Translations under genes and position numbers: made by a program
Source: Planctomycetota bacterium
GTDB taxonomy: Bacteria > Planctomycetota > B15-G4
Assembly: GCA_038212275.1 (NCBI GenBank)
Contig: JBBQUR010000003.1
Span: 128,001 to 192,000, forward strand
DNA: 64,000 bases
Direction of reading: 5' to 3'
Notes under the pieces: generated by a model
Databases searched by the model: none
Seen by the model: the letters and a program-made list of their open reading frames with translations, nothing else
Told to the model about the DNA's origin: nothing
Shown: positions 1-9,099 of the stretch, one piece after another
Numbering within the stretch: position 1 is the stretch's first letter
Layout: each line of letters opens with the position of its first letter

Positions 1-987
1 GGCACCGGCTGGTTCGATCCGGTGGCACGGACCTGGGACGCCGCCACGCTGTCTGCACTGGATGCGCTCACGACCTCGGCGCTCCCGCGCGGCGCCGGCG
101 CGTCGCGCCTCTCCGAGTTGCTCCCGCCGCTGCTCGCGCCCGGAGAGCCGGCCGGCGCGCTCTCCGCGGCCGGCGCGGCGCTGCTCGGCCTGCGCGCGGG
201 CATTCCCGTCGCGGCCGGGGGCGGCGACAACATGTGCGCGGCGGTGGGCAGCGGGGCGACCTCGCCCGGCGCGATGGTGGTGAGCCTCGGCACGTCGGGC
301 ACGCTCTTCGCGTACAGCGCCAGGCCGATGGTGGATCCGGCGGGCCTCATCGCGCCCTTCTGCGACAGCACCGGCGGCTGGCTGCCGCTGCTTTGCGTCA
401 TGAACTGCACCGGTGTCGCGGAGGAGATCGTCGCGCTGACGGGCAGGTCGCACGAGGAACTCACCGCGCTTGCGACGGCCGTGCCCGCCGGTTGCGACGG
501 AGCGCTCATGCTTCCCTACCTGCAGGGCGAGCGCGTGCCGGACCTGCCGCACGCGCGCGGCAGCCTGCACGGCCTGCGCCCCGGCATGGCGACGCCGGGC
601 CTGCTGTATCGCGCTGCGCTCGAGGGCGTGGCGCTGAATCTTGCCTGGGGTGCTGCGCGGCTGGCCGTGCTGGGACTCCCGGCGCGCAGCGTCGCGGTGG
701 TCGGCGGCGGCGCGCGCAATGCGCTGTGGCGGCAGATCCTCGCCGACGCGCTCGGTGTGCCGGTGACGCCGCTCGCCGAGCCCGAGGCGGCGGCGCTGGG
801 CGCGGCGCTCCTCGTCCAGTGGACCGTCAGCCGGCTGGACGGCCGCGAGCAGAGCCCCGACGCGCTGGCCCGGCGCAGCGTCCGTGCCGGCGGTCCGGCC
901 AGCCTTCCCGACGCCGCCCGCGTCGAAAGCTGCGGGGAGGCGCTCCTCCGCTTCCGCGCACTGGTCGAACGCCTGCACGGCAGCTGA
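1..987 (+). CDS. xylB: Xylulokinase (FGGY carbohydrate kinase), 5'-truncated by window edge
   Basis: Frame open from base 1 (GTGWFDP...); motifs GGGDNMCAAVG, SLGTSGT, LPYLQGERVPDLP, RAALEGV, VGGGARNALWRQILAD. Confidence 0.85.
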   Translation, partial: GTGWFDPVARTWDAATLSALDALTTSALPRGAGASRLSELLPPLLAPGEPAGALSAAGAALLGLRAGIPVAAGGGDNMCAAVGSGATSPGAMVVSLGTSGTLFAYSARPMVDPAGLIAPFCDSTGGWLPLLCVMNCTGVAEEIVALTGRSHEELTALATAVPAGCDGALMLPYLQGERVPDLPHARGSLHGLRPGMATPGLLYRAALEGVALNLAWGAARLAVLGLPARSVAVVGGGARNALWRQILADALGVPVTPLAEPEAAALGAALLVQWTVSRLDGREQSPDALARRSVRAGGPASLPDAARVESCGEALLRFRALVERLHGS

Positions 988-991
988 GCCC

Positions 992-1099
992 GCCGGCGAC
1001 GATCGGCGTGCAGTCGACGATCGGCGTGCCGGCGGCGAGCGGCGTGCCGGCGACGAGCGGCGTGCCGGCGACGATCGGCGTGCCGGCGACGAGCGAGAG
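992..1099. repeat. Intergenic 18-bp tandem repeat, ~6 copies (consensus gccggcgacga(t/g)cggcgt)
   Basis: Directly visible immediately after the xylB stop codon. Confidence 0.9.
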
Positions 1100-1244
1100 C
1101 CCCGGTCGCGAGCGACACGCCGGCGCCGCACGTGGCGCGCGGGAACCTGCTAAGACTTCTGAAACCGCCAGCGGCCGGACACCCGTGGTGAAAACCGCCG
1201 CGGCTTCCTGCTAACGTCGCTCGCATCCTGAAGGAGGCGCTGCC

Positions 1245-1847
1245 TTGCCCACTGCCATCATCGTGCTCATCGTCGTCGGCGGCCTGGCGCTGCTGCTCGT
1301 GCTGTGGGTGGTCGGCATCTTCAACCGCCTCGTCACGCTGAAGAACCGTTTCGAGAACGCCTTCGCGCAGATCGAGGTGCAGCTCAAGCGGCGCTACGAT
1401 CTCATCCCCAACCTGGTCGAGGTGGCCAAGGGCTACATGAAGCACGAGCGCGAGACGCTCGAGGCGGTCATCACGGCTCGCAACCGCGCGGTCACCGGGC
1501 TGCAGGCCGCGGCGCGCTCGCCGGGCGATGCGAGCGCGATGGCCGGGCTGGCCGGCGCCGAGCAGGCACTGACCGGCGCGGTCGGCAAGCTCTTCGCGCT
1601 GGCCGAGTCCTACCCGGACCTCAAGGCCAACCAGAACATGATGTCGCTGCAGGAGGAGCTGACCTCCACCGAGAACAAGGTCGCGTTCGCACGGCAGGCC
1701 TACAACGATTCGGCGACGGTCTACAACATCTACAAGCAGACCTTCCCGCCGGTCGTGTTTGCCGGCATGTTCGGTCACGGCCAGAACGCGGCGCTGCTGG
1801 AGTTCGACAGCAAGGCCATCGCGCAGCCGCCGAAGGTCGCCTTCTGA
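1245..1847 (+). CDS. lemA: LemA family membrane protein
   Basis: N-terminal TM helix; QIEVQLKRRYDLIPNLV, ESYPDLKANQN, TENKVAFARQAYND; AAGGAGG RBS upstream of TTG. Confidence 0.95.
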   Translation: MPTAIIVLIVVGGLALLLVLWVVGIFNRLVTLKNRFENAFAQIEVQLKRRYDLIPNLVEVAKGYMKHERETLEAVITARNRAVTGLQAAARSPGDASAMAGLAGAEQALTGAVGKLFALAESYPDLKANQNMMSLQEELTSTENKVAFARQAYNDSATVYNIYKQTFPPVVFAGMFGHGQNAALLEFDSKAIAQPPKVAF

Positions 1848-1947
1848 TCGGCGCGACGTGCGCGCGGCGCGGCGCGCGGAGTTCGTGCCGGGCGGCACCC
1901 CGCGTGTCCGCAGCGCGGATGAGCCCTCTGCGGGGGCCTGACCTCTG

Positions 1948-4107
1948 ATGGACTTCTTCGAGACGCAGGACGTCGCGCGCAAGCACACCGGGCGACTGGT
2001 CGTGCTCTTCGTGCTCGCGGTGCTCGGCATCATCGTGAGCACGTACCTGCTCGTGGCCGGCGTGGTCATAGCCAGCGGGCACGAGCAGAGCGCCGGGCAC
2101 CTGACGGATCCCGGGCTGCTGCTGCTGATCGGCGGCGCCACGATCCTCGTCGTCGGCGGCGGCAGCCTTTACAAGCTCAACCAGCTGCGCGGCGGCGGGC
2201 GCGTCATTGCGGAGGAGCTCGGCGGACGGCTGCTCGTCTCCGCCGGGGCGGACTGGAAGGCCCGGCGCCTGCTCAACGTGGTGGACGAGATGGCCATCGC
2301 CTCGGGCATCCCGGCGCCGGCCGTCTACCTGCTGGATGCGGAGCGCGGCATCAACGCCTTCGCGGCCGGCTTCACGCCGGCGGACGCGGTCATCGGCGTC
2401 ACGCAGGGCTGCCTCGACCGGCTCAACCGCGAGCAGCTGCAGGGCGTCATCGGCCACGAGTTCAGCCACATCCTCAACGGGGACATGCGCCTCTCGCTGC
2501 GGCTCATCGGCGTGCTGCACGGCATCCTGCTCATCGGGCTGCTCGGTTACGGCGTGCTGCGCATGCTGGGGCATTCGGGCGGCATGCGTGTGGGCGGCTC
2601 GCGCCGGAGCGGCAAGAGCAACGACAAGGGCGGCGGCATCGCGGCGGTGTTCGCCATCGCCATCGGGCTCATCGTCATCGGCTTCGTGGGTGTGTTCTTC
2701 GGCAACCTCATCAAGGCCGCGGTCAGCCGGCAGCGCGAGTATCTGGCCGATGCCTCCGGCGTGCAGTTCACCCGCAACCCGGATGGCCTTGCCGGCGCGC
2801 TGAAGACGATCGGTGCGGTGCCCGGCGGCAGCAAGCTCGTCGCGGCCAAGGCCGCCGAGGCGAGCCACATGTACTTCGCGAAGGGCCTTTCCTCCGGCCT
2901 CCAGTCGATGTTCGCGACGCACCCGCCGCTGGCCGCGCGCATCCAGCGCCTCGATCCCTCATGGGACGGCGCCTTTCCCGAGCTGCCCGAAGAGCCGTCA
3001 GACGCCGACGTCGCGGACGACGTGGACACGCCGGTCGCGCGTTCTGGCCGCGGCGTCGGGAGCGGTCGCGCCGGTGTCGCCGGTGACGCCGGTGACGCCG
3101 GTTTCGCGGCGCTGGCGGGCGCAGACCTTGCGGCCCAGAGCCGTGCGCGGGGAGCCGCGACGCCTGCCGCAACCGCTTCACCCGAGGTCTGGCGCTTGGA
3201 CAGCGGCGCGGCCGGCCACCGGGCGGTCGAGCGCGCGGGCCGTCCGACGCCGGCGCACGTGGAGCTGGCCGCGGCGCTCATCGACAGCCTGCCCGAGGTG
3301 CTGCGCACGGCTGCGCGCGAACCGTGGGGGGCGCGCGCCGTGGTCTTGGCCTTGCTCGTGCACCGCGACGGCGCGCCGCGGAGCGCCCAGCTCCGGCGGC
3401 TCGCGGCACTGGCGGACCCGGGGCTCGCGGAGTTCACCGAGCAGATCCTGCCGCAGGTCGAACGCCTGCCGCCCTCCACGCGACTGCCGCTGGTGGATCT
3501 CGCCATCCCGGCGCTGCGTGCGCTCTCGCCCGCGCAGCACGACGAGTTCATCGCCACGCTCGACGACCTCTTCGCGGCCGACGGGTCGATCGACCTGTTC
3601 GAGTGGTCGCTGTCGCGCATCCTGCGCCGGCACCTGGCGTCGTCGCGCCATCGCGTGGCGCCGCCGCGCCTGAGCGGGCGGACCCTGGCGGATCTGCGCA
3701 CGGAGATCTCGGTGCTGCTCTCGGCGCTCGCCCGCGCCGGTGCAGCGGATGAGTTCACGCCGGGGCCCGCGGCAGGCAGCGACCGCTCGGCGAAGGCCGG
3801 AGCGACGTCCGCCCAGTCGTCGGAGGCTGCCGCCGGCCAGGCCCTGAAGCGCGCGGCGGCCGCCTTGTCGATGCCCGAGATCAAGCTGCTGCCCGAAGCC
3901 GAATGCGGCACGGCGGCGCTCGATGCGGCTCTCGATGCACTGTCCGCACTGCACCCGCTGCGCAAGCGCGAGTTGCTCACGGCCTGCGCGGAGTGCGTGG
4001 CCGCCGATGGCGAGGTGCGCATCAGCGAAGCGGAACTCGTGCGCGCTTTCGCCGACGGCTTCGGCGTGCCGATGCCGCCCTTGCTGGGCGGCTCGCCGCA
4101 GAACTGA
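1948..4107 (+). CDS. M48 family (HtpX-like) zinc metallopeptidase with long C-terminal helical extension
   Basis: INAFAAG, HEFSHILNGD (HExxH), SRQREYLADA, ATHPPL; several TM helices; usual partner of LemA. Confidence 0.9.
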   Translation: MDFFETQDVARKHTGRLVVLFVLAVLGIIVSTYLLVAGVVIASGHEQSAGHLTDPGLLLLIGGATILVVGGGSLYKLNQLRGGGRVIAEELGGRLLVSAGADWKARRLLNVVDEMAIASGIPAPAVYLLDAERGINAFAAGFTPADAVIGVTQGCLDRLNREQLQGVIGHEFSHILNGDMRLSLRLIGVLHGILLIGLLGYGVLRMLGHSGGMRVGGSRRSGKSNDKGGGIAAVFAIAIGLIVIGFVGVFFGNLIKAAVSRQREYLADASGVQFTRNPDGLAGALKTIGAVPGGSKLVAAKAAEASHMYFAKGLSSGLQSMFATHPPLAARIQRLDPSWDGAFPELPEEPSDADVADDVDTPVARSGRGVGSGRAGVAGDAGDAGFAALAGADLAAQSRARGAATPAATASPEVWRLDSGAAGHRAVERAGRPTPAHVELAAALIDSLPEVLRTAAREPWGARAVVLALLVHRDGAPRSAQLRRLAALADPGLAEFTEQILPQVERLPPSTRLPLVDLAIPALRALSPAQHDEFIATLDDLFAADGSIDLFEWSLSRILRRHLASSRHRVAPPRLSGRTLADLRTEISVLLSALARAGAADEFTPGPAAGSDRSAKAGATSAQSSEAAAGQALKRAAAALSMPEIKLLPEAECGTAALDAALDALSALHPLRKRELLTACAECVAADGEVRISEAELVRAFADGFGVPMPPLLGGSPQN

Positions 4108-4144
4108 GTCGCGCGGCGCGCGGCTCGGCTTGGCTCAACTCAGC

Positions 4145-4555
4145 TCAGCGCGTCGACTTTTTGAGCGCGCTCTTGCTGGTGAGGAAGAAGCGGCCGATGG
4201 CGGCCTCGAAGGTCGCGCCGCCCTCGACCTGCATGCGATAGCTGCCTTCCATCGTGCCCCACGCGGTGGTGAGCGGGCAGGCGCTTTCGTATTCGAAACT
4301 CTGGCCCGGCGCGAGGTCGGGCGTCTCGCCGACGACGCCGGGTCCCTTGACCTCCTCGCGCGAGTTGTCGGCGTCGAGAATGATCCAGTGGCGCGAGAGC
4401 AGCTTGGCTCGGCGCGTGCCCTCGTTCTTGATCACGATGCGATACGCGAAAAGGTACTGGCTGCGATCGGGGTCGGACTGGTCGGCCACGAAGCGCGCGG
4501 ACGCCTGGACGCGGATGCCATCGGTCACGGTGTCGGAATCAGGTGATTGCGTCAT
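4145..4555 (-). CDS. apaG: ApaG protein
   Basis: YLFAYRIVIKNEG, LLSRHWII, GPGVVGETP, GTMEGSY. Confidence 0.95.
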   Translation of the reverse strand: MTQSPDSDTVTDGIRVQASARFVADQSDPDRSQYLFAYRIVIKNEGTRRAKLLSRHWIILDADNSREEVKGPGVVGETPDLAPGQSFEYESACPLTTAWGTMEGSYRMQVEGGATFEAAIGRFFLTSKSALKKSTR

Positions 4556-4637
4556 GGCAGCAAGCCTACCGATTCCAGCCGGTTTCGTCCGCAGTCAGTC
4601 CGGGATCGCGGGCTGCGGCGGCGCGCCGTCGTCAGCC

Positions 4638-6026
4638 TCAGGCCGCGTTCAAATAGCCGTAGAAGACGGTCCGGATGAGGATGCGGACGTCCAGCGCCAG
4701 CGACCAGTGCTCGATGTAGAAGAGGTCGTGGTCGATCCGCTCGGTGAGGCTGGTGTCCGCGCCGCGCAGCCCGTGGATCTGGGCCCAGCCGGTGATTCCG
4801 GGCTTGACCCAGTGCTTGTGCGCGTAGCGCGGGATGCGCTCCTTGAAGGAGCGGATGAACTCCGGCCGCTCCGGCCGCGGACCCACGAGGCTCATGTGCC
4901 CGAGCAGCACGTTGACCAGTTGCGGCAGTTCGTCCAGGTTGGTGCGGCGCAGCAGCGCCCCGAGGCGCGTGCAGCGCGGGTCATCGGTGATGGCCATGAC
5001 GGGCCCCGTGCCGGCCTCGGCGTCCGCCGCCATCGTGCGGAACTTCAGCATGCGGAAGACCTTGCCGTGTGCGCCGACGCGCTCCTGCACGAAAAGGGCC
5101 CCGCCCGCCGACGTCAGGCGCACGGCCAGCGCGATCGCGAGCATGGGCAGCGCCATGAGGAGCAGCAGCGCGCTGGCCACGGCCATGTCGAAGCAGCGTT
5201 TGACGGCGAGCGCTCCGAGCGGCAGCTCTGCAGTGACGAAACCCAGCAACGGCACGCCGCCGACGCGCTGCCACGTGGGCACCAGGTTCGTGGCGGGGAA
5301 CATCGTCGAGGTGATGTGCACCGAAATGCCCTCGCGGTCCGCGATGGCGAGGATCTCCTGCAGCAGGTCGTGCTGAAGCGTCTCGGCCTCGACCAGCACC
5401 TGGTCCACGGAGCCCTGGTTCAGCAGCTCCAGCGCCTCCTTGAGGTCGAGGCGCGGGCCGAGGTCCGTCGGCACGACATCTGCAGCCACGCCGATGAGGT
5501 GCATGGGGGCGTGCGGCCCGCGCTGCAGGGCGGCCAGCAAGCGCAGCACCCGGCGCGACATGCCGAAGACCAGCAGCCTCTCGGAGCCCATGCCGTCGCC
5601 ATGGATCGTCCGGCCGCCGCGGCTCACGAGCAGACGCGACAGCACGAGCGCCAGCACGGCCGTCCCCAGGAAGAGGTAGCGGACCGGGCGCATGTCCTGG
5701 TCGGGGTAGAGCAGCACGCGCGTGAGCCCGAGCACGGCCATCGTCGCCAGCCCACCCCAGAGCGGCTCGACGCTGGCGGTCAGCCGAGGCCAGACCGGCT
5801 CCTGCCCGGCGCGGTACAGGCCGAAGGCCCACAACGAGATGGCGATGAGCGGCGCGGCCACGAGGTACATCCGCGCGCAGGCCGCGACGCCGGGAATCGT
5901 GCCGGCGGCGATGAGGTCGTAGCGGAGCGCCACGGCCGCGGCAAACGCGGCAGCCAGCAGCAGCTGATCCAGCACGAACAGGCTGATGCGCGAGGTTTCG
6001 GACTGTCGAGAAAGCATGCCCCTCAT
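4638..6026 (-). CDS. Polyprenyl-phosphate glycosylphosphotransferase (WcaJ/WbaP-like priming glycosyltransferase)
   Basis: N-terminal TM helices; KRCFD, LKFRTM, DELPQLVNVLLGHMSLVGPRPER, KPGITGWAQIHG. Confidence 0.92.
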   Translation of the reverse strand: MRGMLSRQSETSRISLFVLDQLLLAAAFAAAVALRYDLIAAGTIPGVAACARMYLVAAPLIAISLWAFGLYRAGQEPVWPRLTASVEPLWGGLATMAVLGLTRVLLYPDQDMRPVRYLFLGTAVLALVLSRLLVSRGGRTIHGDGMGSERLLVFGMSRRVLRLLAALQRGPHAPMHLIGVAADVVPTDLGPRLDLKEALELLNQGSVDQVLVEAETLQHDLLQEILAIADREGISVHITSTMFPATNLVPTWQRVGGVPLLGFVTAELPLGALAVKRCFDMAVASALLLLMALPMLAIALAVRLTSAGGALFVQERVGAHGKVFRMLKFRTMAADAEAGTGPVMAITDDPRCTRLGALLRRTNLDELPQLVNVLLGHMSLVGPRPERPEFIRSFKERIPRYAHKHWVKPGITGWAQIHGLRGADTSLTERIDHDLFYIEHWSLALDVRILIRTVFYGYLNAA

Positions 6027-6071
6027 TCATTGGCACAGGACGGTGGCTTGCCCCGACCACGCATGGCGAGT

Positions 6072-7436
6072 CTAGAGAGAGCCCGAGTCCGATCCAAGAA
6101 CAGCCTTGCCGCTGCGAGGTTGCTGTTCCGTTGAAAGATCCCGCAGCGCCGTCGCGGGTCGAGCATCGGATGCATCCGGCGCGGCAGCGGGCGGCGAGAT
6201 GCCGAGCACGTCGGACAGTTCACGCAGGAAGCGGGCCGTGGAGAAGTGTTCGGCGCGCGCACGCGCGGCCTCCGGGTCGAAGTGCGGTTCGAGCTCGCGC
6301 TCGAAGCGCAGGATCGCCGCGCAGAGCGCACCGATCTCGCTTTCGGCCTCGGGCCTCTGCACGTGGGGCGAGTGCACCGGCATGTCGCCCGAGGTCTGCG
6401 CGTCCTCGTCGCCCGCGTCGGCTCCGAAGAGGCATCCCGTCACGCCGTCGACGACAGTCTCCGTGGCGCCGCCGCGGGCCAGCGCGATGACGGGTCGGCC
6501 ACAGGCCATGGCCTCCACCGGCACGAGGCCGAAGTCCTCTTCGCCGGGAAAAAGCAGCGCGCGAGCCTGACGGTAGAGCGTGCGCACGGCAGCGTCGTCC
6601 GGGTCCGGAACGAAGCTCGTGACCGGGCTCGGGGGGATGCGCGCCGCCAGGGCCGCGAGACGTCGGCCGCCGCCGGCCACCACGAGCGGACGTTTCAGCC
6701 GCCGGCACGCCTCGAGCGCGATCTCGAAGCGTTTGTAGGGCACGGCCTCGCCCAGCAGCAGGTAGGGCGCCGCGGACCGCTGGCCGGCGCGCTCGCGTGC
6801 CGTCCGATCGGGCACGAAGAACTCGGTGTCCACCGGCGGATACAGCACCTCGCTCTCCCGGCCGTAGCAGCGCGCGATGCGCTGCCTCACGTGCTCGGAG
6901 ATGGCGAGGAAGCGGTCCACGCGCTGCGCGCCGCGCAGATCCGCCGCGCGCACGCGGGCCAGCACCGCGCGCACGGCGGGGCGCGCCAGGGCGGGCACGG
7001 AGGTCTTCAAGTAGAGCTCCGACAGGTCCCAGGCCCAGCGCGGCGGGCTGTAGCAGTAGCAGATGTGCGTGGCGCCCGGAGGCACGCGCACGGTCTTGGC
7101 CAGCGCGGCGTCGCTGCTGAGCACCAGCCGGTGGCCCGACAGGTCCAGCGAGCGCCACGCGGCGGCGTGCCACGGCAGCAGCGCCCGGAAGCTGCGCGCC
7201 GCCGCCGGCAGCTGCTGCAGCGGGGAGGTCACGACGCGAGAGATTCCCGCCGGCGCCGGACAGGCGCGCCGGTCGTGCACCAGCGTGTAGAGCGTGGCGC
7301 CCGGCACGAGGCGCGACAGCACCTCCAGCACGCGCTCGCCGCCGCGCCGCGACACCAGCCAGTGATGGACCAGGGCGACGTGCTCGTCCGGCCGAAGGGC
7401 ACGCAGCTTCGTGTCTGCACTCGCTCCGGGGCTCAT
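6072..7436 (-). CDS. Glycosyltransferase family 4
   Basis: HHWLVSRRGGERVL, CYCYSPPRWAW, EDFGLVPVEAMACGRPVI; ATG at 7436 overlaps the FIST gene stop (ATGA). Confidence 0.9.
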   Translation of the reverse strand: MSPGASADTKLRALRPDEHVALVHHWLVSRRGGERVLEVLSRLVPGATLYTLVHDRRACPAPAGISRVVTSPLQQLPAAARSFRALLPWHAAAWRSLDLSGHRLVLSSDAALAKTVRVPPGATHICYCYSPPRWAWDLSELYLKTSVPALARPAVRAVLARVRAADLRGAQRVDRFLAISEHVRQRIARCYGRESEVLYPPVDTEFFVPDRTARERAGQRSAAPYLLLGEAVPYKRFEIALEACRRLKRPLVVAGGGRRLAALAARIPPSPVTSFVPDPDDAAVRTLYRQARALLFPGEEDFGLVPVEAMACGRPVIALARGGATETVVDGVTGCLFGADAGDEDAQTSGDMPVHSPHVQRPEAESEIGALCAAILRFERELEPHFDPEAARARAEHFSTARFLRELSDVLGISPPAAAPDASDARPATALRDLSTEQQPRSGKAVLGSDSGSL

Positions 7437-8611
7437 TCCGCCGGTGCGGCCGCCTCGCGGAACAGCGCGATGCTTGCAGTGAAGCCGTGGGCGAAGGACT
7501 GGCCGCTCACGGGGCCGATCTCGCCGGCGGCGAAGAAGCCCGCGGTGGCGACATCGGGGAAGCCGCGATGCACGCCCTCGATGTCGTGATTGGGCGAGCC
7601 GAAAAAGCGCTTGCCGCGTGCGCCGCAGGAGAAGAGCAGCGCACCCAGCGCCGGCCCGCGCAGCGCCTCCTCGGCGAGCACCTCGGCCATGTCCTCGTCC
7701 GCGGTGGCGCTGTCGCGCACGAGGAACTGCACGGACTGTCCCGGGCGGATGAAGTCGTTGAGGGTGAGCGTGCCCTTGTCGCGATCGATGTCGAGCACGT
7801 CGCGTACGAGGAAGTCGCGCCGGTCGAAGCTGCTCTTGCGCTCGTCGACGACTCGACCGATGTGCAGCGCCTTCTGCATGAGGCCCTGGTCGCGCGCGTC
7901 CGCCTCGTGGAACACGGTGTGGAGCTGCTCGAGCGCCGGTTTGCCGCCCAGCGTGCCGATGACGTTGCGCGTCGCCGACGTGATCACGAAGTGCTTGCCG
8001 ATCGGTCGGCAACCATGGCTCACGACGGGATCCACGCGCACGCCGCCGCCGATGGCGAGGCCAAGGCAGCCCTCATCCTGCACGCCGTCGGCGGTGAGCA
8101 GCAGGGCCTGACCCGGGCCGGGTGCGCCGCTGGCGATGCCCCCGATGACGGGCGCCCCCGGAAAACGCGTCGCGAAGCCTTCCAGCAGCGTGTCCAGCGG
8201 CGTGCTGTGCGGGTCGGCCAGCACGAGGAAGCCGGTGCCGGGCTCCACGGTCTCGGGCCAGCCCTGCAGCTCGATCTCGCCGTCCACCTCGTCGGCTTCC
8301 AGAGTGAAGGGGCGCAGCACGGCGCCTGGCCAGCGCGCCGCCCAGAGCGCCACCGCCGGGCCGGATTCCAGCTCGTCATTGCCGCCGATGATGCCGGCGC
8401 CCGGGCAGCCGAGCAGCACGCGGGGCTTCAGGCGGTCGAGCACGCGCCGTCGCAGCACGTCGATCTCGCCCGCGTGATGCGGCGTGTAGAAGGCCAGCAC
8501 CAGGTCGGGCGGCCCGGGGCCGAGTTGCTCCGACAACTGCGCACACAGCTCGTCGAGGCCTCGCACGAGGTTGGCCTGGCGGGTGGTGACGACGGCGCAC
8601 TTCACGGGCAT
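7433..8611 (-). CDS. FIST domain (FIST_N + FIST_C) sensory protein
   Basis: LLGCPGAGIIG, PVIGGIASG, VSHGCRPIG, FLVRD, LLFSCGARG, GFFAAGEIGP; start chosen at MPVKCAVV. Confidence 0.88.
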   Translation of the reverse strand: MPVKCAVVTTRQANLVRGLDELCAQLSEQLGPGPPDLVLAFYTPHHAGEIDVLRRRVLDRLKPRVLLGCPGAGIIGGNDELESGPAVALWAARWPGAVLRPFTLEADEVDGEIELQGWPETVEPGTGFLVLADPHSTPLDTLLEGFATRFPGAPVIGGIASGAPGPGQALLLTADGVQDEGCLGLAIGGGVRVDPVVSHGCRPIGKHFVITSATRNVIGTLGGKPALEQLHTVFHEADARDQGLMQKALHIGRVVDERKSSFDRRDFLVRDVLDIDRDKGTLTLNDFIRPGQSVQFLVRDSATADEDMAEVLAEEALRGPALGALLFSCGARGKRFFGSPNHDIEGVHRGFPDVATAGFFAAGEIGPVSGQSFAHGFTASIALFREAAAPAE

Positions 8612-8754
8612 CTCCGAGGCTCGGTCACGCGCCGACCCGGAAAGCCTGGCGCCGCGCGGGTGTACCAAATCGCTATGCTCGGGAGCTTCGGCCGGCGCCC
8701 CACCCGTCGGGTCGCCGCAAGCCGCCATTCCCGGACGGGTCAGCGGAGACTGCG

Positions 8755-9099
8755 ATGAAACATGCATGGAAGGCCCTGGCTCTGAGTGTGGTGCTGGTCT
8801 GCGCGGCCTGTTCGGATGCGGCCTCGACGTCGGCGACTCCCGAGGGTGCGAAGAAGGTCGGTGAGACGGCTGCTGCAACTGGCGTTGCAGCCGCGCCGGC
8901 CGCCGGCACGGCCGTGGCGAGCATCAATGCGCTGTGCCCGATCATGGGCAACCCGGTGGAGGCCGAGGGCGGCACGACCGAGTTCGCGGGCAAGACGGTC
9001 GGCTTCTGCTGCCCGAAGTGCTCCGGCAAATTCGCGGCGCTGGACGACGCGGGCAAGCTGAACGCGCTGGCCAAGCACGGCACGACGCTGCCCCAGTGA
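8755..9099 (+). CDS. Lipoprotein with a single YHS/TRASH-like Cys-rich metal-binding domain
   Basis: Signal peptide with lipobox-like CAAC; NALCPIMGNPV...GKTVGFCCPKC. Confidence 0.8.
   Translation: MKHAWKALALSVVLVCAACSDAASTSATPEGAKKVGETAAATGVAAAPAAGTAVASINALCPIMGNPVEAEGGTTEFAGKTVGFCCPKCSGKFAALDDAGKLNALAKHGTTLPQ

Noticed and set aside
992..1099. Tandem repeats here and at 33038 and 38786 as possible CRISPR arrays
   Set aside because: Units are 7-18 bp and contiguous with no unique spacers; no cas genes in the window
1146..1217. Short duplicated words upstream of lemA (cctgctaa x2, gaaa(a)ccgcc x2)
   Set aside because: Too short and irregularly spaced to support an operator call without comparative data
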